The notes below the pieces were generated by a model. That model had not been told where the DNA came from, searched no databases, and was given only the letters and a program-made list of their open reading frames with translations. Below are positions 48,638 to 59,058 of a stretch of DNA of 64,000 nucleotides, in pieces. Each line of letters begins with the position of its first letter. Positions within the stretch are counted from its first letter, which is position 1. The DNA is taken from positions 1 through 64,000 of the forward strand of contig JBDRBK010000055.1 in assembly GCA_043822705.1 (NCBI GenBank), read 5' to 3'. Position numbers and translations under genes: made by a program. This DNA is from Fidelibacterota bacterium. Its GTDB lineage: Bacteria; Fidelibacterota; Marinisomatia; Marinisomatales; TCS56.

Positions 48638-49996
48638 CTAATCATTTAACATCGATTCGTAAAATTTTATTAGTCTTCCTACCTGATTATCCCCGCTCAA
48701 ATATTCACGTATCTCAGCAATCCGCGCTTCAGTCTCCGGATTCATCATTGCCAGTAATTCACTGCGGATATTGTGCAGGTTATCCGTAGTTAAATCAATC
48801 ATTATACCAAAGCGGAACAAAAACTGGAAAAAATACTGGCCACTTTGAGATATTACAGGTAACCCGGCTTCGATATAATCCGCCAGCCGACTGGAGCCGC
48901 CGACTTTGCGGGCAGTGATTTGATAATCGCGCAGGTCTTCGCCGAATAAATGAGCCCGCACTACGTGAATTCCGAAATCATATTGGCTGATTTCTTTGGT
49001 GATCTCCTCTACCCTCACTGGTTTGTGGATGTTGAAAAACGGGTTCTCCCGCTCCAGATTAATATAATCCTCAAAGATTCCATCAAACTTGTCGCCGTAA
49101 TAAACATCGTAGTAATACTGATGGGGATAGATATGAAAATGAATCCCCTGGGCGGTCAGCGCTTTGATTATATCCAGGTAACCGGTATCGATCGCTCCGG
49201 CCTTTTCGATGCCGAAATGACCGATGAGTACCACATGGGGGGCGCCATCAATTGAACTAAGTTTTTTAACAGGTTGCGACAATTCTTCATCCCAGCAGTA
49301 TTCCGGGAACAGGATCGCTTTCTTCGGCCGCTGGTACCGGCCTTCCCGGGCGGTAACCTGAATCTGCAGGTCGCGGCAACAAAAGCCGTCGGTGTGCTCG
49401 ATTATGTATTTTTCCAGTGGAATCAGGCTTTGGCGCCAGCCTTCCTGTTCCAGATATTCATCGGATAAAATGCCCACGATAGTATCAATAAAATCAACAA
49501 CGATTCGCCGTGGTTTGTAGCGGCAATAATTATAGGCGGTATTATGATCATTAGCGTCAGTAAAAACATGATACAATGCCGCCCGGTATTTTTTTGCCAG
49601 GCGCAGTGATTGATTAAAATCAGTATACTTATGATGGGTGGTGAAGTAGCCGGGTAAATCATAATTGGGCTCAAATTTATACAGCAGAACCACTTCCCAA
49701 CCGGCTTTCAGCAGGGCCGATCCGATTTTGGCTTCCCGAACCCGGGGTCGATCGCTAATAAATACTATTCGTTGTTGTCGGCGATTGGCGTGGACGATTA
49801 AGGGTCGCATAATTCGAAAATAGCAAATTGTAAACCAGCACCAGGCGGATTGGCGGAGTCGATAAATTGAATTGACCATATCCTTACCAGCGTAACAAAT
49901 GGCCTCGATGGTGCGCCGGGGAAGAGTTTGTAAGGGGAAAAAGGAGTATTCCAATCCAAAGAGATGAAATTTTCCCGATTTGATACCGCTGGCCAT
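48638..49996 (-). CDS. GT-B-like putative glycosyltransferase, paralog 3 of 3
   Basis: SDRPRVREAK, CCRDLQ, FPEYCW, GIHFHIYPH, ISQYDFG, RLADYIEAGLPVI. Confidence 0.6.
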   Translation of the reverse strand: MASGIKSGKFHLFGLEYSFFPLQTLPRRTIEAICYAGKDMVNSIYRLRQSAWCWFTICYFRIMRPLIVHANRRQQRIVFISDRPRVREAKIGSALLKAGWEVVLLYKFEPNYDLPGYFTTHHKYTDFNQSLRLAKKYRAALYHVFTDANDHNTAYNYCRYKPRRIVVDFIDTIVGILSDEYLEQEGWRQSLIPLEKYIIEHTDGFCCRDLQIQVTAREGRYQRPKKAILFPEYCWDEELSQPVKKLSSIDGAPHVVLIGHFGIEKAGAIDTGYLDIIKALTAQGIHFHIYPHQYYYDVYYGDKFDGIFEDYINLERENPFFNIHKPVRVEEITKEISQYDFGIHVVRAHLFGEDLRDYQITARKVGGSSRLADYIEAGLPVISQSGQYFFQFLFRFGIMIDLTTDNLHNIRSELLAMMNPETEARIAEIREYLSGDNQVGRLIKFYESMLND

Positions 49997-51346
49997 TCAG
50001 TTCAATCCAGCGATTTGATTATAAAAATTGATCAGTCGGGGAGAATGGTGCGCCAGCAGGTACCGGTTTTGAACGGCACTCAGATTACTTTGGGTATTCT
50101 CGTTCATCATTGCCAATAACAACGGCTTAAAATCATGAATATTGTCGCGGGTCAGCCCGACCATCACTCCATAACGGGACAGTAGCCGGTACATATAGGT
50201 CTCAGTGGTACCAATCACCGGTAAGCCGGCCTCCAGATAATCGGAAATACGAGCGGAAGTACAGATTTTCATCGCCTCGGCGGTGTAACGTTCATATGGT
50301 TCCCCAAAGAGCACAGAACGCAGTATATGAATTCCAAAATCATACTGGCTGATTTCTTTTACCACTGCTTCCATTGGCACTGATGAATGAATGTGGATAT
50401 GAGGATTATCATGTTCCAACTGAAAATATTCGTCAAAAATACCACGCACCCCGTCTTTGAAATACACCTTATTGTTATAAAACCAATGCGGATAAATATG
50501 AAAATGAATTCCCTGACCGGTCAAGATGCGAATTATGTCCAGATAGCCAGCCTCCTTTTCATCGCCCATGACCTTGTTACCGAAATGACCTATAAGGACA
50601 ACATGGGGATCGGGATCGCCACTTGGCCGGGATTTGGACGGTTGCTTCGTCTGCCACAGATATTCCGGGAAAAAAATAGTTTGCTTTGGTCGTTGGTAAC
50701 CGCCACTGCGGCAGGCATTTTGGACTTGCAGATCTCGGCAGCAAATTCCCGCAGCGTTTTCCAAAGCGTAACACTCTTGGATAATCAATTCGTTCAGCCA
50801 ATCCGCTTTATTAATATATCCGGTAGATGCGGTACCTACGATAGTATCATTGGTATCCAGCACAATCCGCCCAGGCTTATATCTTACAAACCTGTATGCC
50901 GTCTCGTAATACCAAAGAGTGAAAACATGATAAACCAGCGGTTGGTATTTCAGTGCCAACAGCAATGCCTGCCAGCTGTTTTTATAGCGACGGCATTCAT
51001 CAAAATAAGAGTTCGACTCATAGTTTGGCGCGGTGTTATACAAAAGCACAACACGTTTCCCTGACTTTCGAAGCGCAGTTGCCAACTTGGCTTCTCGAAC
51101 TCGCGGACGATCACTAACAAAGACAACCAGCGTATTGTCTACCATTCCCTGATTTGCAGAATAATGGATCACTTTATCGGTAAAAATAAATCTGATCCGA
51201 TCGACAGTTACTGCTAAAAACCTGATGAATCGGATTAAGTCATTGATTCGATAACCGACAAATTGCCAACCCCGCAGCGGTAAGGTACGCAGGGGAAAAA
51301 TCGTGTACGATGTACCAAACACAGTAAATTTACCGGAATAGTTCAT
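49997..51346 (-). CDS. GT-B-like putative glycosyltransferase, paralog 2 of 3
   Basis: Same motif set; RISDYLEAGLPVI. Confidence 0.6.
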   Translation of the reverse strand: MNYSGKFTVFGTSYTIFPLRTLPLRGWQFVGYRINDLIRFIRFLAVTVDRIRFIFTDKVIHYSANQGMVDNTLVVFVSDRPRVREAKLATALRKSGKRVVLLYNTAPNYESNSYFDECRRYKNSWQALLLALKYQPLVYHVFTLWYYETAYRFVRYKPGRIVLDTNDTIVGTASTGYINKADWLNELIIQECYALENAAGICCRDLQVQNACRSGGYQRPKQTIFFPEYLWQTKQPSKSRPSGDPDPHVVLIGHFGNKVMGDEKEAGYLDIIRILTGQGIHFHIYPHWFYNNKVYFKDGVRGIFDEYFQLEHDNPHIHIHSSVPMEAVVKEISQYDFGIHILRSVLFGEPYERYTAEAMKICTSARISDYLEAGLPVIGTTETYMYRLLSRYGVMVGLTRDNIHDFKPLLLAMMNENTQSNLSAVQNRYLLAHHSPRLINFYNQIAGLN

Positions 51347-51359
51347 TTCAGCCGGAGGT

Positions 51360-52649
51360 TCATAACTGTTGATAAAATACGGTTAATCTATTTGCCTGAT
51401 GCGTTAGACTCAACCGCTCCCGGGCCTGCGTCATACCCGTAGCCGCCTGCCGTTGATCAACGGCGTTCAGGAGCGCCGGCAGAGATTCCAGATCAGATTT
51501 ATCCATGGGCACCATTATTCCGAAGCGTTTTAAATATTGGTAAAAATATGTCCCCCGCGTGCAAATGATTGGTAAACCGGCGTCGATATAATCGGCAATT
51601 CGCGCTGAGGTACAGACCTTCATGGCCTCGACAGTATAACGCTCATATTGCTCTTCGAACAGCACCGCCCGCATCACGTGAATCCCGAAATCATACCGAC
51701 TTATTTCAGCGGCTACCACCGCCATCGGTACTGATTCGTGAATGTGGAAATAGGGGTTTTCATCGGCCAGCCGGTAATAATCGCCGAAAACTGTGTCGTA
51801 GATATTTCTGAAATAGACTTTTTTATAGAACCAGTGGGGATAGATGTGGAAATGTATCCCCTGGGCAGTGAAAGCCTTAATTATATCCCAGTAACCGGCT
51901 TCTTTTTCATCGCCCATCGATTTCAGGCCGAAATGGCCGATCAGAACGATATGCAGTTCCCCGTTTTCGGCTGAAAGTTTCGGCGTCTCCGGGACCTGCT
52001 CATCCCAACAATATTCCGGAAAAAATACTGAATTTTTTATTCGCTGATATCCTCCCAACCGAGCGGCATTTGGTACCTGAAAATCCCGGCAACAGAGTCC
52101 GTCGGCGTTTTCGATCAGGTATTTTTCCATGGGAACGAATTTCTGTATCCAGGAGCTGCTGGCGATATATTTTTCACTGGCAGTACCCTTGATGGTATCG
52201 TTTATATCGATCACTACTTTTCCGGGCTTGTGCCAGCCGAATAAATCGGCCGTGGAATAATCCCACAGGGTAAAAACATGAAATGCCAGCGGTGATAACT
52301 GCGCTGCCAGATACAGGGCCTGCCAACTTTGGTGGTAACGAATCGCTTTCGTAAAATAATCGTCCAGCGGGAAATTTGGCCTGACCTGGTACAGCAGGAT
52401 CACTTCCCAGCCCTGTGATTTTAACACCCCGGCCAGTTTAGCCTCGCGGCCGCGCGGTTTATCGGCCACGAAAACAATCTGCCGGTGGTTGACTGCAACG
52501 GAATTCGTTTTATCCCTGATTGCCGCCAGTGCTTTCGGCCGATAAATAAACCGGTCGAACAGCACGGTCGATATCTCCAATGCCCGGTTTCGCCAGTACT
52601 GCCAGGCCCGCTGGGGCAGGGTGCGGATCGGCCGGATGGCATAGCGCAT
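51360..52649 (-). CDS. GT-B-like putative glycosyltransferase, paralog 1 of 3
   Basis: Same motif set; RIADYIDAGLPII; ATG 52649 overlaps the upstream TAA. Confidence 0.6.
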   Translation of the reverse strand: MRYAIRPIRTLPQRAWQYWRNRALEISTVLFDRFIYRPKALAAIRDKTNSVAVNHRQIVFVADKPRGREAKLAGVLKSQGWEVILLYQVRPNFPLDDYFTKAIRYHQSWQALYLAAQLSPLAFHVFTLWDYSTADLFGWHKPGKVVIDINDTIKGTASEKYIASSSWIQKFVPMEKYLIENADGLCCRDFQVPNAARLGGYQRIKNSVFFPEYCWDEQVPETPKLSAENGELHIVLIGHFGLKSMGDEKEAGYWDIIKAFTAQGIHFHIYPHWFYKKVYFRNIYDTVFGDYYRLADENPYFHIHESVPMAVVAAEISRYDFGIHVMRAVLFEEQYERYTVEAMKVCTSARIADYIDAGLPIICTRGTYFYQYLKRFGIMVPMDKSDLESLPALLNAVDQRQAATGMTQARERLSLTHQANRLTVFYQQL

Positions 52650-53830
52650 TAGTTTTCCCTTCCCACAATTAATTTGATATAATCCGGGATCAGCTTTTCC
52701 CATCCGAGCTTGGTTAAAACCAGTTGTCGAATCAGTTCTGCATCCTGTTTAACCAGCTCAGGATTATTGACTGCACGCATTATTGCTGTCTGCCAGGTTT
52801 GGACATCCCGGCCATTTTCAATCAGCCAATTACTGTCTACTGAAAATTCAGCGGTGCAAATCTGAGCGGCCTTGGATCCGATCACCAGACAGCCGTAATT
52901 AATCGCTTCCAGGGCCGCATTGGGCATGCCTTCATCAAGCGACGGCAGTAATAATATGTCACTGGCCTGAAAAATGCCCGGCAACTCCTGACGGTCAACC
53001 CAGCTGTTGAACCGCACATTATCGGTAATTTTCAGCCGGCTGACCATTTGTTCGAGATGCTGTCGTTCGGGACCATCGCCAACAATGTTGAAAATCAACT
53101 GAGCGCGGTGTTCAGTATCCATTTGTGCGAGAGCTTTCAGCACTATCGACAGATTTTTCTGGGGCGAAAGCCGCCCCACAAACAACAGTTTCAAAGGTGA
53201 TTCGTATGTTGAATCAATCTTGGTAAGCGCAGGTTCGATGCCATTGGGTAGCAGGATAATTTCACCATTGGAAATAATCTGCCGGGTCAAATTTTGCAAA
53301 CGGAGGGAATTCACGTGGACCTGATCAGCCTGCCACAGCACCAGTTTGATCAGCGGACGCAGGATTGTATGAAACAAGCTCAGTCCTTTATCAAACTGGA
53401 ACCCGGGAATATCCGCCCCGCGAATTGAAACAATATAGGGTACACCGAACAGCCCTTTTTGCACCAGCGCCACCAGTCCGCCGGGAATGGAAAAAAAAGC
53501 AAACGCAATTGTCGGGCGAAATTCTTTCCTGATTCGGCACAGCAGGAATATGGACTTAAGGAAAAATCTGATAAATTCCCGATAAGTTCCTTCCCATGGT
53601 GATCGGCGGCGGGAATTGACTTGAAAAACCGGGAATTCGACCGTGATGGCTGAACAACTGCCGGTGATTGTACCGGTCAACAGCGCCACCGGATAGCCAG
53701 CCTGGTGCAGACGGGTCACCAACGTGCGCGTAACCGTGGCCGCTCCCCCACCCGTCGGCGGGTATTCATGATTGATAAATAAAATTCGTTCTGGCTTTTG
53801 GCGGCTGCTCATGGATGCATATCTTATCAA
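52649..53830 (-). CDS. GT4 family glycosyltransferase
   Basis: NHEYPPTGGG, FVGRLSPQKN, VGDGPE, PSLDEGMPNAALEA; alternative start 53812. Confidence 0.9.
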   Translation of the reverse strand: MIRYASMSSRQKPERILFINHEYPPTGGGAATVTRTLVTRLHQAGYPVALLTGTITGSCSAITVEFPVFQVNSRRRSPWEGTYREFIRFFLKSIFLLCRIRKEFRPTIAFAFFSIPGGLVALVQKGLFGVPYIVSIRGADIPGFQFDKGLSLFHTILRPLIKLVLWQADQVHVNSLRLQNLTRQIISNGEIILLPNGIEPALTKIDSTYESPLKLLFVGRLSPQKNLSIVLKALAQMDTEHRAQLIFNIVGDGPERQHLEQMVSRLKITDNVRFNSWVDRQELPGIFQASDILLLPSLDEGMPNAALEAINYGCLVIGSKAAQICTAEFSVDSNWLIENGRDVQTWQTAIMRAVNNPELVKQDAELIRQLVLTKLGWEKLIPDYIKLIVGREN

Positions 53831-55719
53831 TCACGCAAACAGACTTTTTCCAGCATCATCCGCGACCAGATTTCCTTACGGTAATCGGCACGCCCGGCCT
53901 GATGCCGGTTTACTAATCCATTCATTTCAGACCGGTCAAATATGCCCGGCAATATCAGCGCTAAATTGTCCAGGGAATAATATGCGGATTCAGCCAGAAT
54001 CGTTCGCAGCCACTTCGCCAGTGGAATTCCAAAACCTTTTTTGGGACGGTTCAGAACCAGATCCGGCAAATATCCCTGCAAGGCCCGCTTCATCAGGTAT
54101 TTGGTTTCCAATCCCCGCAGTTTGTAATTGACCGTCAATCGGGCGACAAACTCCACCAGTTCCGTATCCAGAAAGGGCGTGCGCACTTCCAGCGAATTCA
54201 TCATGCTGGCCCGGTCCACCTTGACCAGTATATCGTCATGCAGGTAGGTACTGATATAACTATTGGAGAGCCGGTCCACGGTGTGCAGATCAGTTCTGAT
54301 TTGGGCCAGTGTGGAAGAATAAATATCTTTTATCGTATGGGTGTGATTGTTTATTCCGGTGTCATAATGCAACGATCTGGCCCCTAACCAAACCTGATTC
54401 CGTAATTCGGGTCGGCCTTTGGTTTCCGGTGAAAAACCTTTCAGAAAATGGTGCAGGCGAAAGCCGATACTCATATTTTTGTCGGAGGCCGGCAGACGAT
54501 CAACCAGCCATAGCAATGTTCGCTGAAGCGCTGCCGGCAGGTATTCGATCAATGGAGCGAATTGAAGTGCCAGGAACGGATCGTACCCGGCGAACAGCTC
54601 GTCGCCGCCATCACCCCCCAGGGCCACCGTCACCTGCTCGCGGGTAAACTTAGACAGCAGAAATGTCGGCAGAATCGAGGCATCGGCAAACGGTTCGTCG
54701 AGTAAATCAGTGACTTCGGGCAGAACCCGGAGCAATTCCGCAATATCGAACGTTTTGTTATGGTGATCGGTGCCAAAAAATGCTGCGACCTGCCGGGCAT
54801 AACAAGACTCATCGAAGGACTGTTCCCTGAAACCAATCGAAAATGTTTTGATACTGGCCGCTTCCCGCACCTGTGTCAAGGCCCAGACGATGGCGCTGGA
54901 ATCAATTCCACCGGACAGAAACACCCCCAGCGGCACATCACTGATCAGGCGTTTTTCCACCGACCGGATCAATAATTCCCGGAATTGTCCGGCCGCGTCC
55001 TGTTCACTCAGCTCGAGTTTGGGTGTAAAATCCAACTGCCAATATTTTTGAGGTTGAAGCAGGTTATCGTCCAGTGAATCCAGCGGTATTTCCAAAAAGG
55101 AGGCCGCCACGAGTTTGTGAATATTTTTGTAGATAGTGCCGGGAGTCGGACAATATTCATAGGCCAGATAACGTTCGATCTCCAAATCTGAAATAGCAGT
55201 TTTGATGTCCGGGTGGCGGGCCAGCGCTTTGATTTCGGAGGCAAAAGCAAAAACTCCATTCTGTAACGTGTAATACAGCGGTTTTTTACCGAAACGATCC
55301 TTGGCAATAATCAATTTTTGTCGGCGCCGGTCATAGATAGCCACCGCCAGCATGCCATCAAACCGTTCAAAACAAGCGGTTCCCCATTCTTCGTAACCGT
55401 GAACGATTACTTCCGAATCGGTCCGGCTTTTGAATTGATGACCTTTAAATACCAGTTCCCGGCGCAATTCCTGGAAATTATACATTTCCCCGTTAAAAAC
55501 GATCTGGACGGTCCCGTCTTCATTACCGATGGGCTGGTTGGCCGAATCGGAGAGATCGATTATCGCGAGGCGCCGGTGCCCCAAGGCAAGATTACGATCA
55601 AGATAGAAATTTCCATGATCGGGTCCGCGGTGATGCAGGGAGTCGGTCATCGCCTGGATCAGCGACTGTTCCGCCAGGCACTCAGGCTGCTGGTAAAAAA
55701 AACCGACTATCCCGCACAT
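53827..55719 (-). CDS. asnB: Asparagine synthase (glutamine-hydrolysing)-like amidotransferase, probably for glycan amidation
   Basis: MCGIVG Ntn start, HRGPD, HRRLAIID, LSGGIDSS, GDGGDELF, KVDRASM, KKGF. Confidence 0.9.
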   Translation of the reverse strand: MCGIVGFFYQQPECLAEQSLIQAMTDSLHHRGPDHGNFYLDRNLALGHRRLAIIDLSDSANQPIGNEDGTVQIVFNGEMYNFQELRRELVFKGHQFKSRTDSEVIVHGYEEWGTACFERFDGMLAVAIYDRRRQKLIIAKDRFGKKPLYYTLQNGVFAFASEIKALARHPDIKTAISDLEIERYLAYEYCPTPGTIYKNIHKLVAASFLEIPLDSLDDNLLQPQKYWQLDFTPKLELSEQDAAGQFRELLIRSVEKRLISDVPLGVFLSGGIDSSAIVWALTQVREAASIKTFSIGFREQSFDESCYARQVAAFFGTDHHNKTFDIAELLRVLPEVTDLLDEPFADASILPTFLLSKFTREQVTVALGGDGGDELFAGYDPFLALQFAPLIEYLPAALQRTLLWLVDRLPASDKNMSIGFRLHHFLKGFSPETKGRPELRNQVWLGARSLHYDTGINNHTHTIKDIYSSTLAQIRTDLHTVDRLSNSYISTYLHDDILVKVDRASMMNSLEVRTPFLDTELVEFVARLTVNYKLRGLETKYLMKRALQGYLPDLVLNRPKKGFGIPLAKWLRTILAESAYYSLDNLALILPGIFDRSEMNGLVNRHQAGRADYRKEIWSRMMLEKVCLRD

Positions 55720-55723
55720 GGAA

Positions 55724-57667
55724 TTACTGTGCCGGCAGTGCTTCCTGATTGTAGATCGTTTCGACAACGTAGTCGTCGCGATCCTGGGCTTCCATGAAGC
55801 CGCGCATCATGATTTCACTGAGCAGACCGACGATAATGAACTGAAAACCGCCCATGATGGAAAACATGATAATCAGGATAAAGGTCTGGAAATCGACACC
55901 CCATTCGGAAATAAAACCCAGCGTCAGCAGCAGTGCCGACAGGATCATTCCGACGGCGGTTACAAACAGGGCGATCTTACCAAAAAATTGCAGCGGCCGT
56001 GTCTTGAAGCCGGTAAAAAAGCGCAGGGTGATCAGATCCAGAATCACCCGCCCGACCCGTTCCAGTCCGTACTTGGCTTTGCCATAGCGTCGCGGACGGT
56101 GATTAACCGGGATTTCCGCCACGCGGATTCCCAGCCAGGCGGCGTAGGCCGGTATGAAACGGTGCATTTCACCATAAATCTTGATATTCTTGACCACGCC
56201 TTTTTTGTAGGCTTTCAGGGAACAGCCGAAATCATGAATCTTGACCTGGGTGCCGGCAATCAATTTGTTGATGATCCGGTTGGCGAAAAAGGATGGGACT
56301 TTCCGTGACAGCGCCTTATCCTGGCGATCTTTGCGCCAGCCCGAAACCAGATCGTAGCCATCGGCCATCTTCTCCAGCAACCGCGGAATATCGGCGGGAT
56401 CGTTCTGCAGGTCGGCGTCCATGGTGATCACGACTTCACCCTGAGCGTACTTGAAACCAGCCGCGAAGGCGGCGGTCTGGCCGTAATTTTTCCGGAATTT
56501 GATTACCGATACCGTCGGGTCGTGGTCGGCGATGTCGGACATGATCTTCCAGGAATTATCATCACTGCCGTCATCCACCAGGATCAGCTCATAGCTGCGC
56601 TCCAGGTTTCCCAGCGTTTTTTTCAATTGTTCGTACAGGATTCGCAGCGAGCCCTCTTCATTCAATACCGGCACGACCACCGACAACTCCAGTGTTTGAC
56701 CACCGTTGTTTTTACCGTTGATATTGATATTTTCCAAGATGCGCACCGGCTGAATTTTCCGTGGTGAATTAGCTTTGGGCGCTTTCGGTTTCAGGTCCTG
56801 AAACAGCGGCAGAAACTCCTTCCAGGTATCAATGGAATCCTGGAATTTTCCCTCCAGTGTGAAACTGAGCGCCAGTAAACCTTTCACCTGCTCGGCATCC
56901 GGTTTAATTGCCAGGTAGGCTTCCAAATCGGCACGGGCCGCTTCAATCTGTGATAATTTGAGGTAACAATAGGCCCGGTCGAACAGGGCGTCGGTGTTGC
57001 CGGGATTCTGTTTCAGTATGGCCGCGAATGTGTCAATCGCCGCCTCGTACTGTCCCAAGTCTTCCTGAATCACACCCTTGTTAATCAGCAGGCGCTCGTC
57101 CGGTGGATTGGATTCCAGGTACAGATCGATCCAGCTCAGGGCGTCGGCGTGGCGCTGGTTGCAGACCAGTAGTCCCGACAAATTTATGATCGGCGCCACG
57201 AAATTCGGGTTACAGTCGATCGCCTGGTTGAAATACAGCTCCGCCTCCGCCGGATTGCCCAGTTCTTCGCTGATCGTGCCCAGATCGTTATAAACATCAG
57301 CCCGGTAGACTTCGTCCTTCAGCGTGGCCTTGAGATAACCGACGGCCTTGCGCGAATCGCCCTGCAGGTAGCTGGCCTTACCCAGTCCGTACAAAGCCTG
57401 GGTGTTGCCGGGATCGATGCCATTGGCCCGGGCAAAAAAACGGCAGGCCTCACGGTACTGGCGGATTGACAGATGAATCTCGGCAATCAGGATATTGAGA
57501 TGCAGATCATAGCGGTTACTGGCATAAATGCCGTCCAAAAGCTCCAGGGCGTTTTCATAATCATTCTGATCGATGAAGCGCTGCACCCGGTTGAGCCGGG
57601 CGACATAGGCCGCTTCATTATTACCTGTCTGCTGGGACGGCAACATTTTCTGGGCATGCATATTCAT
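55724..57667 (-). CDS. TPR domain fused to a polyprenol-phosphate glycosyltransferase (DPM1/ArnC-like GT2) with C-terminal TMs
   Basis: About 300 aa of TPRs; then VVVPVLNEE, NYGQTAA, MDADLQNDP, VSGWRKDR, DFGCSLKAY, GEMHRFIP and two TM helices. Confidence 0.88.
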   Translation of the reverse strand: MNMHAQKMLPSQQTGNNEAAYVARLNRVQRFIDQNDYENALELLDGIYASNRYDLHLNILIAEIHLSIRQYREACRFFARANGIDPGNTQALYGLGKASYLQGDSRKAVGYLKATLKDEVYRADVYNDLGTISEELGNPAEAELYFNQAIDCNPNFVAPIINLSGLLVCNQRHADALSWIDLYLESNPPDERLLINKGVIQEDLGQYEAAIDTFAAILKQNPGNTDALFDRAYCYLKLSQIEAARADLEAYLAIKPDAEQVKGLLALSFTLEGKFQDSIDTWKEFLPLFQDLKPKAPKANSPRKIQPVRILENININGKNNGGQTLELSVVVPVLNEEGSLRILYEQLKKTLGNLERSYELILVDDGSDDNSWKIMSDIADHDPTVSVIKFRKNYGQTAAFAAGFKYAQGEVVITMDADLQNDPADIPRLLEKMADGYDLVSGWRKDRQDKALSRKVPSFFANRIINKLIAGTQVKIHDFGCSLKAYKKGVVKNIKIYGEMHRFIPAYAAWLGIRVAEIPVNHRPRRYGKAKYGLERVGRVILDLITLRFFTGFKTRPLQFFGKIALFVTAVGMILSALLLTLGFISEWGVDFQTFILIIMFSIMGGFQFIIVGLLSEIMMRGFMEAQDRDDYVVETIYNQEALPAQ

Positions 57668-57709
57668 AAAATCAACACCCGGCCGGTAGCATTCCGGCAT
57701 CGGTCCGGT

Positions 57710-58309
57710 TCAGAGACTCCCTAAAATGATTGAATCGGTTAATTCGATGCTCGTCTGCAGGTTATCGAATATCTTTAGCGCCGCAGCGTTGGCAGGATTG
57801 TATTTCAGGGCCTGCCCCAGATACAGCAGGGCCGATTCATGCTTACCGATTTCGAAGTACAATTCGCTCATTCGCACCAGGGTCGGCACATGCTCGGGAT
57901 GCTGTTCCAGAATCTTGACCAAGACCGCGACACCGTTGTCATAATCCTCCAGGTCCAGCAGAATGTTGCCGTAATTGAACTGGGCCTCCACCAAAACCGG
58001 ACTCTTTTCGATCGCCAGGATAAAAAAACCCCGGGCGCCGACCAGGTCGCCCATATCCCGGGAAATCAGGCCGCAGAGATTGTAGACTTCGGCATAGTCG
58101 GGATCGTCTTCGACGAGATTCTGCAGTTGCATCAGCGAAAGCATGTAATCCTTGCGGGCATAGGCGCACAGCGCGATTCCCAGCCGTGCTTTCTTATTCT
58201 CATCGGAATCGACGACATTCGTAAATAATTGTTTAGCCCGATCGACTTCGCCCTGCTCCAGTAAGTCGTAGGCGGTCGTGACCATTCTCTGTACATCATC
58301 GCTGGTCAT
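57710..58309 (-). CDS. TPR protein
   Basis: Repeated TPR helices (AEVYNLCG, AQFNYG); AAGGAG Shine-Dalgarno. Confidence 0.85.
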   Translation of the reverse strand: MTSDDVQRMVTTAYDLLEQGEVDRAKQLFTNVVDSDENKKARLGIALCAYARKDYMLSLMQLQNLVEDDPDYAEVYNLCGLISRDMGDLVGARGFFILAIEKSPVLVEAQFNYGNILLDLEDYDNGVAVLVKILEQHPEHVPTLVRMSELYFEIGKHESALLYLGQALKYNPANAAALKIFDNLQTSIELTDSIILGSL

Positions 58310-58359
58310 ATTCTACTCCTTGTTCTCAATCGCCACTAATTTTTGGTCCGCTGACCCGG

Positions 58360-58590
58360 TCATTTCATTCTTTTCATCAGGCTTTCCAGCAGCTGCGGTT
58401 TGACGGCAGTCAGCGCCGCCGCCCGATTCTCCTCCCGGATGCGGTCATAGATTTCTTCGCGGTGGATCGGGATATCATCCGGGGCGGTGATGCCGACTTT
58501 GATCTGGCCGGCGCTGTTATCGAGAATCGTAACGACAATATTATTGCTGATACGAATGCTTTGTCCTGACTTCCTTGTCAATACTAACAT
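58360..58590 (-). CDS. csrA: Carbon storage regulator CsrA
   Basis: MLVLTRKSGQSIRI...GITAP...IHREEIY..I.EEN. Confidence 0.97.
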   Translation of the reverse strand: MLVLTRKSGQSIRISNNIVVTILDNSAGQIKVGITAPDDIPIHREEIYDRIREENRAAALTAVKPQLLESLMKRMK

Positions 58591-58596
58591 GGCTGA

Positions 58597-59058
58597 TTAC
58601 TCTTGGTTGGCTAAAAGGATCAATGGGTGAGCAACCGGCAGTGATTTGTCATCCAGGATCACCTGGCGTCCGGTTCCGGAATTTTCGTTGATTACCAGGG
58701 GGGCCCGCAGATTGGCCGTGAAAAGCCCTGTTTCCTGATCGATTTTCAGGATCACATAGATCTCCGCAGCCTCGGTTGGCCGGCAACCGACACTGAGCAG
58801 ATCGACCCGGGAAATCTGGATCGCCGCGCGGGATTTCAGGTACTGCAGATTAACCAGCAGCAGGGTGATCCGGGAATCATCGACCGCCTCCAACAGTACG
58901 AAAGGACGGTAATCAATTAATTTCAACAGCCGAAACGCGTGGATCGACTCAAATCCGGGAATTCCGAAAGGGAATTCGAGGGGAATTGTCTCGTCCTCGC
59001 TCAAATCAAGCAACGGCCGGGTTTCACGATAATTGGATGTATCAATCATTAATTTCAT
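58597..59058 (-). CDS. fliW: Flagellar assembly factor FliW
   Basis: FPFGIPGFE, TANLRAPLVIN, GRQVIL; adjacent to csrA. Confidence 0.92.
   Translation of the reverse strand: MKLMIDTSNYRETRPLLDLSEDETIPLEFPFGIPGFESIHAFRLLKLIDYRPFVLLEAVDDSRITLLLVNLQYLKSRAAIQISRVDLLSVGCRPTEAAEIYVILKIDQETGLFTANLRAPLVINENSGTGRQVILDDKSLPVAHPLILLANQE

Noticed and set aside
55695..55702. A8 tracts (also near 23603 and 53491) as phase-variation sites
   Set aside because: Short tracts, frames intact, and no long G/C runs in GT genes
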